Assembly (NCBI GenBank): GCA_013239625.1
Contig: MU054212.1
Location: 4,136,650-4,198,649, forward strand
Source: Lama guanicoe
Lineage: Eukaryota
DNA length: 62,000 nt
Direction of reading: 5' to 3'
Below are positions 50,300 through 62,000 of this stretch, piece after piece; the stretch's first letter is position 1; each line of letters opens with the position of its first letter. The notes beneath the pieces were generated by a model. The model saw only the letters and a program-made list of their open reading frames with translations, was not told the origin of the DNA and did no database searches. The translations under genes and the position numbers were made by a program.

Positions 50300-52366
50300 A
50301 GGAGTCAAGATACCAATTGGCATTAAAGAGACAGGAAGTAGAAGCAGAAGCCTATCAGTTAAAGTTCCAAAACTAAACACTAGAACAACTAGAAATGAAG
50401 TGTAACTCTCACTGAGTGGGAGAAGAAGGAAATCAAGTGATTTCATGATTGCAAGTTAATAAATACAGTCTGAAGTTAACAGATCCAAAGAAAGTAATAA
50501 AACATATTATTTAGAGAAGTGGAGGCAGCTGTCAAAAAGACTTAAAACATAAATATTTAAAAGAGGTTGATTTCAGAGTTAAAGATATGGATGAGAGGGT
50601 GATTTTTATCCTATTTTATTTAAGTTCTTAACATGCCTATTTGTGTGTGTGTGTGCATGTGTGCGTATTCTTAAATGTTACTCTTGATATACTTTTAAGT
50701 AATTATAGGAAAGAATATGAGAAACATCATCTTCAATCAATTTCAGGAGACCACTCAATTTCAACTTGCCAAACTTCAATCAATTGGCAAAAGTCAGTTG
50801 CCAAAGTCCGATCATTCAAAATGTTGAAATTAACAGAATGAAGTAGTAGCTTAGGAAAGAGAGGCGAGTTTTGTATTCACTTAGCTGAGACTCTCTACTT
50901 CCTTTCAAAGTAGAAAACAACTCAGAAAATTAATTTAGCAAGTGTTTCTTGCATGTCTCTATGTTAGACAGTTTTCCTTGGTGACAAGCGTGCAAGATGA
51001 ATCTTCCTCTGATGGAACACCCAGGTGAATAGGGAAAAAAAGGCATATAAACCAATTACTATAATACATTATGTTAATTTCAGTATCTGATTTTCAAGTT
51101 TGACTCTTTTTTTGATGATTATCCATTTGTTTTTTAATATAAATGTATGCAGCCTAAAATCATTTTTTCTTCTTTCCATGAGAAAGAAATACAAAATATT
51201 TTAACACTAACTTTGGCTTTATAAACCTTCAGTTATTAGGAAACTGGGTGGAATATTGCTTTGGAAAAAAAATCTGCTCATTTTCATTTTGTTTCTTAAC
51301 CTTAATTGTCTCCTTTCACTCTGGATAAATGGAAAGATTAATTCTCAGACATTCCTAAAGGTCTTCTGGGCTCTAAATTAGATCAAGTTGGGAGCTTTCT
51401 TCCATATTACACTATTTCTTCCCTGCTGGCATAAAGTCTCCTGTCTCTGTCACTTGTCTACAGCATGTGTTATTTGTCTTCCCAATTAAATTGAGAATCC
51501 CTTATGTTTATCATTCCACAAATTAAGAAAATATTTGTGATTTAAATTGCTCATCTACATAAAAATATGCATGAATACTATAAGCAAATATTGCCATATT
51601 TAATGAATATTTCAACAATTGGAAATAAGGAAGCTTATTAAGAAACAACAATTTTAAGAAAGTATATTACAACACAATTATGGTATTATTTATTAAATAA
51701 CATATTGGAATGCAATAAGAGTATTCCTGTATAATGGTTATACATTGGAAATTCTAGGTTACTAGAGAGACTCATGAGATAATTTGGTGGTCACATGCAT
51801 TCTCACTGATTGATAACAGAAATCAATACAAGTATCCCCTTACATGCATGCACCAAACTTTTCCAGCACCATCTGAAATTTATGCAACTAAGAGAATAAT
51901 AATTGTGGAACATGAAAATATTAAGTAAATGCTAACTACAAAAAGGCAGGACATGAATCGTATCTATATTATTACTGTGACCATGTAAATAGCATATTTA
52001 TGCATATAAACAAACTGAGAGCACATAAAATGAAGAGTTGTGTTGCATAGTATTATGACTGGTGACAGTTTTTAGATTTACTAAACCGTCTATAATGCTG
52101 TTATACTTACTTTTCTTAGTAAAATATAAGTGTTTGCTGCAAAACACTATATATTATGTGATTTTTTTTTTTTTTAGGGAAAATCTCTCTCTCTCTTTCT
52201 CACATTTTCTCAGTCAAGGGCTGGGAAGGGTATACATTCAAAGATATATCCCTTCTAATCTATGGAGCAGAATGCATGCAGTAAAAATTTTTACCTTTTT
52301 AGACAGGTCTACACTTTGGTGGTTAAAAACTTCAGAATTATGAAGTACGACAAGCTTTGGATAATC

Positions 52367-52896
52367 TGTCTTAACCAGATAATATTATGTCCCCCAGTGG
52401 TCTCTCCTGCTGATATTCACACCCTTGTGGAGTCCCCTCCCATACTGAATCAGAAGCGGCTCGTGTGACCAGCAGAACCCAGCGAGTGTGACACTGTATA
52501 ACTTCTGAGGCATGATCATAAAAGGCGTTACAGCTTCTGCCGTGGTCTCTTAGATCATGCATTTTGGAGAAAGCCAGTACACTGTAAAGACACTTGAGCA
52601 GCCACATATAAAAGCTCAGCTGGATAGAAACCGAGGTCCCTGTCCAACAGTCAGCATCAACCAACTGGCCGTATGGGGAGCCACCTAGGAAGCAGCCCTA
52701 TAGGTTCACTCAGGCTTCAGATGATCGTAGCCCTAACCAGTCTCTGATTGCAGTTACATGAGGAACATTGAGCCAGAACTCGCCCCTCACCGTTGAATTC
52801 CTGGCTCACAGACCTGTGAGAGGTAACGAGTGATTATTGCTTTTAAGCCACTAAGTTTTAGAGTAATTTGTTTTGCAGCAAAAGATAACTAAGACA
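52367..52896 (+). mobile_element. MaLR LTR (MLT1F-like)
   Basis: 'tattcacacccttgtggagtcccctccc...tcataaaagg...cagcttctgcc...ttttaagccactaagttttagagtaatttgttttgcagcaaaagataactaagaca'. Confidence 0.9.
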
Positions 52897-52920
52897 TCAT
52901 TCGAGATCTTTCTGTTACTT

Positions 52921-52984
52921 AGTTCTTGCTTTTTTTTTTTTTTTGGTTGGGGGGGGTAATTAGGTTTTAAGCTATACCCTCCCC
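52921..52984 (-). mobile_element. Internally deleted camelid SINE (64 bp)
   Basis: Minus strand GGGGAGGGTATAGCTT joined directly to AAAACCTAATTACCCCCCCCAACC-A15. Perfect 13-bp TSD ctttctgttactt (52908-52920; 52985-52997). Confidence 0.85.
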
Positions 52985-53934
52985 CTTTCTGTTACTTTAG
53001 ACGTTATCAGGAGCTCTGTGCTGCCTTTTAGACGCATGCCCCTGAAATGAGCTATTAAAGATGTGACCAAAAAAATTATCTTCTGAAACAATAGGGGAAT
53101 TGTTAGATTTGTTTGAGCTGGCCCTGGGATGTCCACGATGGTGGCTCTTCTTCTCACTGACCACCTGATGAGCTCCCATTACTCAGTCTGGAATTACTGG
53201 GAAGCCAAGTCCTAATGTATCAGGATAACAGAAAGGCAACACACAAATAGGTAGGCATTTTCTGATTGACTCTAAATATTTCATAATTGAATCGATCAAA
53301 TACTTGAGCACAATCATTGTGTTTAGTCAAGCCTTTAGATTTTTTCTACGTAAATGATGAGAAACTGTATTTTCTTTTTGTCACTTAGAAGCATAGTGCT
53401 TCAGAGCCACAGAGAAGTACATAGATGAACATTATGTGCCGTTTAGAGCATTCAGAAATAAGATTTCTTTGTTTGAGCAAGAGATTCTTTGGGAGAAAGG
53501 AAGGATGATTCAACAGTGCCAGCTAAAGAATTTTCTAGACCTAATATTAAAAATGAGTAGTTATGAGACAATAAATGACAAAAAAGAAGTCTAATAGTAT
53601 TTTAAATGATGATATTTGTGTGTCATTTATATTGATGTATAATGTAGCTACCTGAAAAATAGAATTTAGGATCATGGGTCCAAAAGGCAGATTTCATATC
53701 TTGAGTTTGTTAATAACAATACTGTGAATTCACTGGAATGGAAAGTTACAGAAAAATGTAACTGTAAAGAAATGTGATTTTTGCTATGTAACCTTAGAAA
53801 CAAGTGAGAAGTTACATTTTTATGTTTACACTGAATGGAGACTATAAAAGGAAGCAGGTAGCTACTTGAACTTCTTTCGTCAATGCTGTGTGATTGATGT
53901 AGGGGGAGCCCGGCCCCCTCTTATTACTTAAGGC

Positions 53935-54160
53935 CTGTTTGTTAACTTTTCAGGAGCAAACTGACAGTTTCTTCTCTAAAGGTGATGAGAAAGCTTTTCA
54001 CATCATTTCTTTCAAATTCCACTGGTTAGAACCTAGATCCACAGTCACATTTAGCTTCAAGGGAGAAAGGGAATTTCAGTCTTTAGCTGGCTTTTCGGAG
54101 TGCATAGCTGAACCATGGAAGAGAGGTAGGCGTCCCATTAGGAAAATGAGCTATCCCATA
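53935..54160 (-). mobile_element. MLT1 LTR fragment
   Basis: 'ccactggttagaacctag...cacatttagcttcaagggag...gtctttagctgg'. Confidence 0.55.
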
Positions 54161-54849
54161 ACATTTCTGTGGAAATAGGTGCTTTGGCTAAGATTTCTAA
54201 AATGATAGGTTGCTTTGTTATCTGTGATCCATGAGTTGTGAAACAGACTGTCCTATAAAATATACCCAATGCAGATAGCCAAAGCTATTTAGAGCCTCCT
54301 GAAGTTCTTGCTCATATTGAGGGTATTAGAATTTATGTGTTAGGACTCAAAGAAGGATTCACGAGGACTGCTGTTAGGAAGCCCCCTGAGTCCTGAAATT
54401 CTAAGAGGGTGGATGTATATTGCTGCCAACTCCTGACCTTGAGTCTTGTGAAATGGACTTTAAGGAGGCAAAGAGCTTCACACTCATCCTCTAGTGTTTT
54501 GGGGAATGTCGGGGATTTCCATCTAAGGCGTGCAGAGAAACTAAACAAACATCTGTCCGTGATTTCTAATAAATTCTATTACCATGAATGCCCTGCCCTT
54601 TTAGCCTTCCACCATTAAATCATTCATTTATCTGGGAGATCGTCTGTAATTCCAGGGTATTTTTCTTCCCCCAAACATTCCATACGGGACTGCACCTTTA
54701 GGCTGGGCTAAGCTGTAAAACATACTTGTTAATACCAAGATCACCAGAAAAAAACAAACCATATTCCCCTACATTATTCAAATTTAAGTTTGCAGTCATA
54801 TTTTCTGGAGATAAAGCAGAAAGAATATAAGCTTTTCTACCATGTAAAG

Positions 54850-55020
54850 CCACTACGCTGAATCCAGCCACTTATTACTTAGTGAATTTAAGCCTCCATG
54901 TTTTCCATGTGTAAATGTGGGATAATAACGCTTACCTCGTGGGCTTGTGAAACTTAAACAAGAGCAGGAACGAGGAGCATTGCTCACTCCCCGAGCTCAT
55001 GGGACGCGCTCGGCAAACCA
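54850..55020 (+). mobile_element. MIR SINE
   Basis: 'tgaatccagccactta...tttccatgtgtaaatgtgggataataacgcttacctcgtggg'. Confidence 0.8.
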
Positions 55021-55949
55021 TCCCTCCCTTTCTTTCCTTTCTTCCCAGAATAATTGATTTTCCTTTCAGTTGACTAATCAGTCTAATTGAAATGGTTTAA
55101 TTACAGGATTTATAATTTTATATACTCCTGATTATTTATTTTATCTCTCCTTTCCCCCTAGTAATTTGTCTCTCAAAATAGTTTATAATTCCTTGTTAAA
55201 CTTTTAGAATAATTAAAAAGTATAAATTACTTCAGGGGCTTTTATAACGTGTGTGTGTGATGTGTGTGTTTTAGATTAGCTCATATACTTAAGCCAGAGG
55301 TAGGTAACCTTGCTGCAGAGGAGACAAGAGGAAAGATGGTTTGAGAAAGACTGCTACTTGCATCCTTGGGCTTCCCGAGTGATTGTCCATCATGATGGTA
55401 AATGGGGGTCCTCTCTGCCAGTCAGTTCCTGTGTGCGATGTGTCTTGTGATATGAAATAGAAAAAAGAGTTAGGTTACAGGTGAATCGCCAAAGAAAAAC
55501 AAAGAGAAAGCTATCCTATTACATCCTCATATTTCAAATTTGAGGAATTTAGTTATAGGCCATATCTTTTTTTCCTGCTGCAAAACTTATATATAAGTTC
55601 CTTACAGGCTAGTTTGAGAAATGGCTGGTCACTCTCTTATTGGGACCCAGTGAGAAGTGTGTTTATGGGCCCTGAGGGACAGCAGATGGACAGCATGGTG
55701 GCCTGGGCTGGGCTGGACCTGTCTTGCTCTTTCGAGTAGCTCTGGCTTTTTAGTTAAACATTCTGAAAACTTAGTATCTCTAGAACTTTGATTCTTGGAC
55801 TGAGCAGCTGCATAGATGGTTCTCCACCCTGCGAGGTGGTGGCTAAAACTGCATATATTAATTATAAAACACATTTGTAAAAGACATTGCTCAACGTATT
55901 TATAAAGTGGTTGTGTATCTATGTGTGGGTTATTAATATGATTTGTATC

Positions 55950-56600
55950 AGACATACTTTTTCCCTATTCCTACAAAGTGCAACTAGAATCTCTGGACAT
56001 TATAGTTGCCCTTTGAACAATGCAGGTGTTAGAGGTACCACCCCCTGTGCAATCACAAATCAGAGAACTGCTGTCTTTGCCTCAAAAATAAAAGAATTGA
56101 TAAATGACTCCCCCAGGGTCTGGGAGCTGAAACCATTTGGATAGAATCAGGACTCAAACCCTAGTTCTTTTTCCGCATTTTGTGATCTCTGATTGAACAC
56201 CAACTTTCCCCACATTCAGTTAATTTAAAGGTCTGTAAAATGAAAGTGCAGGTACTGTGTTTCTTGAAAAAAATCCACGTATAAGGGGACCTGTGCAGTT
56301 CAAACCTGAGTTGTTCAAGCATCAACTGTATATATAAAACAAGCTAAAAAGACCCTGAAATATGGAGAAAAGAAGGAAAATCAGCTGGGGAACTCAGAAT
56401 CCAAGAAACGAAACGGTGACACGTTCCCTGGGTTTTCTTTTTGTCTTGTGTATCTAAGACTTGGATTTGAAGGCGGTAGCAATACTCTCTCTAGCTGAAG
56501 GACCAGGATGGAGGCAGATGAACAAGATGAAAAAAATTTTAAACAACAATCTCTCTACTCTACCCAAACACCACAGACAAAAATGTTCCCCTCTCCCCTA
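55950..56600 (+). mobile_element. L1MC-type 5' end, interrupted by Tigger2
   Basis: 'ttttccctattcct...aactagaatctctggacatta | tatataaaacaagc...gttccctgggttttctttttg...ctctctctagctgaaggaccagga...caaacaccacaga'. Confidence 0.8.
56003..56328. mobile_element. Tigger2-ended non-autonomous DNA transposon
   Basis: Terminal inverted repeats 'tagttgccctttgaacaatgcagg' / 'cctgagttgttcaagcatcaactg'; TA duplication at 56001-56002 and 56329-56330; Tigger2 subterminal 'aaaatccacgtataaggggacctgtgcagttcaaacc'. Confidence 0.9.
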
Positions 56601-58532
56601 AGCCAGTTCTTCACAAGAACTGCACGTGGTTGGTAGTATTGTTGGCATGTATTATTACCTTTAGTTTTTTCCCAAGAAATAAAATGGGAAGTCAGAGTGT
56701 TTAAATGAACTTGCCCACCTATCTTTGGTTAACAAGAACATTTGTCTTTGAAGAAGTTCCTTCTGCATGATGCTGTATCAAAATGTTAACTGCCTTTTGT
56801 TCTTATCTCCTCACACATAATAGTAATTTTTTTTAGACTGGAATGCATGTGAATCTGTTATTTCCTGAGAGGTGCCACTTTTAATATAGTAGCCTTTCTT
56901 TAAGCCTGATAAGGTGTGCTCTGACTACCTGTAAATTTTCTTCAATCTTCATCCATGAGATAAGGTGATACAGTTCTTTCCAACCAAGGACATTTCAAAC
57001 ATCCAGTGTGTTCTATTAAAAAAATCAGAACCAGAGGAGTCATGTAATCCTATTTAACCTGCTTTTTAGATAGCAATTAGTATTTCTGAGGGAGAAAACG
57101 AAGCTGATTTTAAAATAAATGGTTTCCATGGGAAGAAGCACAGCGTTGTCCCTCACAAACAAGACGGCCAGTTTGACTCAAAACTTGGAACCAAACTGTG
57201 CTTCCTGTATTTTTATTTGCAAAATCTGGCGGCACTACTCAGAAGTGTTCTACAGGACAGCTCCTTGCTCTTGGACCTGGGCTCTGTCTTTGCCGTCCTC
57301 TCCAAATCACACCTTGTTCTGTATTCATAAAGCCCAGGAAAATGTACGAACAAAATGGTGGCCCCTGTGATTTGATGTCTTTCTACTTTCCACCCCATCT
57401 TTACTTTAGCATCTCTTCAGCTAAGACCATAACCCTCCCCATGAACTTCTTTGCCAATTTTTAAATAAAGTAGATAGCTATCAAAAATGCTTTATATAAT
57501 TGACTCTCTTTTGGAAATTTATAAAAACAGGATTTTGTGTTTGGCCTGACCAAGGTAAACTGCACATAGCCCTTGTGGATATTGCAGTCAAAGGTGCTGA
57601 GAAACAGGAGGATCTAAATCACCAGGCAGTCAGGGGAATTTTGGTGAGGATTTTGATTTCTCCAGGCCATTGACATTGGTTACTCCAAGACTAAAGCATA
57701 GGTAGGGCCTCCATTGACATTCTGGTTAAATTTTAGCACAAAACATAATCCATAAATAGAGGCGTACTAACAAGTGTAATCTTGCCTGTGACCCCTTAAT
57801 CTTCCATTATTATGTAAATTATTAATGAGATCAAGGCATCTCTGATATTTTGCCAGCAAGGAGGCCTGTGGAAAAAGTAGCTTATTGTAAATAAAATTGG
57901 AAAATTACCTACTAAAGTGTGATTTAATCATCAAACTACATTTTCAAACATTTTCCCTTAGATAAATAGTGAGAAAATTTCTAGACTGTGAAAATATTTC
58001 TACATTGCAAGTTATTTGAAGTGTAAAATAAAAAAAGAAAGCTAGTTGTAAATATTTTCAAGTGAAATACGCATTTCCAAATGTTAGTATGATGACCAAA
58101 AAATCTTGGAATGTTTCATAGATATTTTGAAAATCCTTCAAATACAGAGAAAAAAAAAGGGTCCATTTGTATGTATTTATGCATGGATAGATATATACAG
58201 TTTATTTTAATCTCTATTATCTATCTATCTATCTGTCCCTCCATCCATCCATCATCTATCCCGATGTAATTATTTATCTTTGCTTAAAAAAAAGAAAACT
58301 AGAAGAAAATCAACCAAGAGGTATATTTCTGAAATTATGGGAAATTTATATTCTCTTCTCTACAATTGTGCCTATTTTCTACCTTTTCTAGGATAAACTT
58401 ATTTTAGTTGTCTAATTATAGAAAGTATTTATGAGACCAGTTGAGCTAAGAAGTATGTCTTTATTGACATTTTATATTCTAACATTGTTGTGCTATCATT
58501 CAACGTCATCTGAAATATTTGCTCAACCCACA

Positions 58533-58880
58533 ATCATTCCTTCATGTAGTCATCCAATAAAGACTTCTAAAATGTCAACTATATGCTAAGTATGGTGCTA
58601 GATGAGTAAGTCACAATTCCTACCATCAAAGGCCTCGTAATCTAGCAAAAGGGAGATTAGTCATGCAAATAGAAGAACAATTATACTACACGATGAGTGC
58701 CAGCATTTGGACAGAACTAGATGAATGTTAAAGAAGGGTCAACCAAGCCAACTAGGAGCAATTGGAGAGGTTTCTTGCAGGAGGAGAGACTCAAGTGAGG
58801 CCTTGAGAACATTTTAGGCCTCACATTTGGAGAACAGATATTTCAAGGAGAGAGATCTATGTTTGTTAAGCCTTGAATTA
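58533..58880 (-). mobile_element. L2 3' end
   Basis: 'tcattccttc...tcatccaataaa...actatatgctaagtatggtgctag...gaggtttcttgcaggaggagagactcaagtgaggccttga'. Confidence 0.75.
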
Positions 58881-58884
58881 GTTG

Positions 58885-59130
58885 CTTATTCAATCAATGT
58901 CCTATTGGACAATTAGGCATTTCTATACTTCACTATTATAAATGTCATGGTGAATATCTTCGAAGCTCAATCTTTATGCAATCTATGCTTATTTCTAGGT
59001 AGGAGAATTCTAGAAGTAAAATTGCATAGTTAATTGTTTCTGAATATTCTTAAGGCTTCAGATACAATTTGCCAAATTACAGTTTAAATGATTGTATTGA
59101 TTCACACTCCCATCTACGAGGAATGAAAAA
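58885..59130 (-). mobile_element. Old L1 (L1ME-like) fragment
   Basis: 'ctattataaat...tgaatatctt...tctagaagtaaaattgc...tgccaaatt...ttcacactcccatc'. Confidence 0.7.
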
Positions 59131-59424
59131 ATAACTAAGCGTAAAATGCAAGTAGAGAGTAAAATAAAATAAGCCAGAAGAAATCAGTAGGATTAAATTC
59201 ATAGCATAAAATTAATTTAAAATAGATGAAAGTCATGAAAAAGAAAGTGTGAGAAGCAAATGTATAAAAGTATTGAAATGACCAAACAAAACAAACGTAC
59301 AACACATCAAGCCAAAACATTAGGAGGAAAATAATCCACCAGTTTCTTAAGTTTTAGGTTTTATATAGGCTGTGGCACCATTCACTTGTTCTCTTTTATG
59401 ACGTAACTCTTACATATTTTTTAC

Positions 59425-59722
59425 ATTTAAGACTATTTCATTTTCTTAGAGTAGTTTTAAATTTGCAGCAAAATTTTAAAAAATTGTAATGTAGCCCATT
59501 ATAAACATCCCCCACCAGAGTGAAACATTTATTACAACTGGTAAATCTACATTGACATATCACAGTCACATAAGTCCATAGCTTGCATCATGGTTGCCTC
59601 TCCGTGTTGTACATATTACAGGTTTGGACAAATGTGTAAATATGTGCATCCATCTTTATAGTATCATGCAGAGTATTCTCACTGCCCTACAAATCTCCGG
59701 AGTTCCACCTATCCATCCCCCC
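59425..59722 (-). mobile_element. L1MC1/2-type 3' end
   Basis: 'aacatcccccaccagagtg...catttattacaa...ctacattgacatatca...ggtttggacaaatg...tagtatcatgcagagtattctcactgcccta'. Confidence 0.85.
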
Positions 59723-60019
59723 TACACATGTTTTTTTAAGGATGTCTTTTTGACCCTGAAGTCCTTCAAAACCCTAACGTGGGTAGTGAATGCTTATTGC
59801 CCAAAATACATTTGTGGATTGATTCACATTGACTACATAGTCATAAGTAATTTTATAGCTCCTCACCTTCCATTTAATTTTTTTCCCACTTACGGCTTCA
59901 TATGTGGGATCTCCCATTTATCATACTTTATATTAACCAAGACTCTCTTTACTCGATTTAGTAATAACAGAGCAAAACAGAGAACAAAACAGGGGTGTGT
60001 AATTATTATGATGATGAAC

Positions 60020-60220
60020 TTGATGACAGAGCTGAGTTTGAGTCCAAGTTATGTCACTTGGAAATGGTGCTTGGCCAAGATACCCAAACTCTCTATTGTA
60101 AATAAGATCTAATCTTAATACCCATCACATTGATTTGTTATGAGGAACATATTCAGTAATGTATGTTAAGCAGTGCTTCAGGTATATTACATGCTCAATA
60201 AATGTCAGCAACTACTATTA
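60020..60220 (+). mobile_element. MIR SINE
   Basis: 'ctgagtttgagtcc...gtcactt...cttggccaagatac...tgttatgagga...gctcaataaatgtcagc'. Confidence 0.75.
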
Positions 60221-61199
60221 TCTACTGGATTCCCCAAGCCCGTAGTAGAACTTCTTTGCCTTTCCATCACTTTCCATTCCCATACCAACAGCATTATCCC
60301 CTTCTTGTCACTGTAATTAATGCATTAATGCTATTACCGTAGCTCAGTTTCTTAAACAGCTGATCCAAATAACTTCTTCCTCAAGCCTCCAAAGTCTATT
60401 TACTCAGGGGTTTAATTTTCTCCCCATTTTCTAGAAAATCAAGTGTAGCTTGTGTGAATTTCCTTATTTATTCTGGTTTTTAAGATGTGTCAAGTGAGAG
60501 ATCTTAAGAAACAATCTTTCACCATCTTGCGACTCAATTTTTATATACATACTTATTTTTTATAAAGCAAAAGCAGCAGTGATTTTTGTTTAGACTCAGT
60601 CAGAAAATCAGAGACAACCATGAGGAACGATGTCTTCTCAAGGCGAGCCTTAGAGTAACTACGAGAGATACAAAGACAGATTTTTACCTTTGGCATTCAG
60701 TCTAGTCAGGCTAGCCCCACGCTAGAGGTGAAAAACGGTCTCTGATGCTGTTGTGTTTTTAGAGGCTATAAAACACACCACTTTACTCAAAATAACTCCT
60801 CTTCGGTTCTGCACTCTGTGGTCTGAAATTCCAATCATCCTAAGGGGAATAATTTTTACCAGAGTCATCTCTAAAAGATAATTAGATTGAATAAGCATTG
60901 AAAGTATTAGTTTATTGGGTTTCCTGCCTGATCATTTTGACCATTTATCAAGCTGGGTCTAAGAACAAGGGAGAGGATAGATCACATTTGGGGTGAATAT
61001 GCATCATTTTGAGAAATAAGCAGCTGTATGGAAGAAGAGACAGGTGGCCCCAAATTTTCATGGCTTTGCTATTTTGCCTGTGCAACAGCTGGAATATAGA
61101 TTTATAACAACCACAATCACAGCAACATCGAAATTATCCAACACATTTAGAATTTAAAAGGTTTCTTTGAGAACGTCATCAATTTTGTTCATTTACTCT

Positions 61200-61320
61200 T
61201 TCTTCTTGCAAGATTGTGAGGTCCGTAAACACCAGGACAGTGTTTGTCTTGTTCAATGCAGTATCTCCAGTAATTCTTGACATATAATAAATCTCAATAA
61301 ATATTTATTGACTAAGACGA
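61200..61320 (+). mobile_element. L2 tail
   Basis: 'agattgtgagg...aggacagtgtttgtcttgttca...gtatctccag...ctcaataaatatttattga'. Confidence 0.8.
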
Positions 61321-61584
61321 GTGAGATGGAATGAGAAATTCTTTTCCTTCCTTTCCTATTTCTGATAATTTTTTGATACCAATGTAACTTTGTGAACACA
61401 TCCAGTTATTTGCTTCCAGCTGACGTCCCCTGTGTCCTTGATTATTGCTACATATGAACACAAGGATGCATTCACACTGACTCAGTTGCTGTCTGATTTC
61501 CAGAGTCCCCCAGGGCTCCTCCCTTACTGCAGTCTTCACACCACGCTGGTCTCTTGCTAGTCTGTTCTGTCTCGCATTCCAGAT

Positions 61585-61815
61585 TCTTTTTTTCTTCAAG
61601 TGCAGTTGATTTACTATTTCAGGTGTACACCAAAGTGATTTGGTTATACTATATGTGTAAATATACTCTTTTTCAGATTTTTTTCCCGTTATGGCTCGTT
61701 ACAAGATATTGAATATAGTTCCCTGTGCTATCCAGTAGGTCTTTACTGTTTATCTATTTCATATATAGTAGTGTGGATCTGTTAATCCTTAAGTCCAAAT
61801 TTATTTCCCCCCTCA
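61585..61815 (-). mobile_element. Cetartiodactyl-type L1 3'UTR fragment
   Basis: 'ttcaggtgtaca...gttacaagatattgaatatagttccctgtgctatccagtaggtc...tttatctatttcatatatagtagtgtg'; similar to the 3'UTR at 22450-22640. Confidence 0.85.
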
Positions 61816-61892
61816 TTTCTTTATAAAAATTCAGATCAGATCATTTTATTCTCCTGATTAAAACACTTACTTGCTCTTAAGATTATTCACAA

Positions 61893-62000
61893 TCAGGTGT
61901 ATCCCTTTCTCTTTGGAGATAAGGACGTTTCTTTTCTCTGGCTACAGAGAGGAAGTCTCTCACCTGAGGTTTTCATGTCCTGCTTCGGGGAAAAGGGCAG
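61893..62000 (-). mobile_element. Probable ERV1-class LTR fragment running off the window end
   Basis: 'ggagataaggacg...ctctcacctgaggttttcatgtcctgcttcgggg' resembles antisense ERV1 U3 sequence; short. Confidence 0.4.

Larger units (their letters stand above)
47500..50640 (+). mobile_element. Fragmented old L1/HAL1-like element (5' region and ORF1-like), interrupted by three LTRs
   Basis: A-rich ORF1-like remnant at ~48600-49100 ('aatgtagagcaaaaa', 'ggagtacagaaagagagagcagagaaaatgga...aataatagaagataac'), with similar A-rich segments on either side of the LTRs. Boundaries uncertain. Confidence 0.5.

Noticed and set aside
59594..60112. Longest ORF (172 aa)
   Set aside because: Non-ATG start; begins in an antisense L1MC 3' end and ends in a MIR; no recognisable domain.
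1..62000. CRISPR arrays, operons, rRNA or other prokaryote-type systems; CpG-island promoter
   Set aside because: The sequence is mammalian repeat-rich DNA; no regularly spaced repeat-spacer array, gene-dense region or CpG island was seen.

Overview
62 kb of AT-rich, CpG-depleted mammalian non-coding DNA (large intron or intergenic). I found no supportable protein-coding gene: the supplied ORFs are chance ORFs or transposon remnants. A tRNA-derived SINE of the camelid (Vic-1-like) type and a young L1 3' end suggest a camelid genome (camel, alpaca or llama). Much of the window is fossil repeats: MIR, L2, L3/CR1, L1M/L1, MaLR/ERVL/ERV1 LTRs, an ERVL gag remnant, and hAT and Tigger DNA transposons. 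The more unusual items are: a retrocopied H3-3A (H3F3A) 3'UTR inserted antisense inside an L1; a 145-bp, 92%-identical non-tandem duplication of an ERVL/L2 junction; a 64-bp internally deleted SINE with an intact target-site duplication (TSD); a Tigger2-ended mini-element carrying captured MIR-containing DNA; a cluster of overlapping inverted repeats beside a splice donor; and several repeat-free, motif-dense candidate enhancers or non-coding exons. Repeat families were assigned by eye from remembered consensus sequences, so subfamily names are tentative and most boundaries are approximate. I see no convincing novel multi-gene system.
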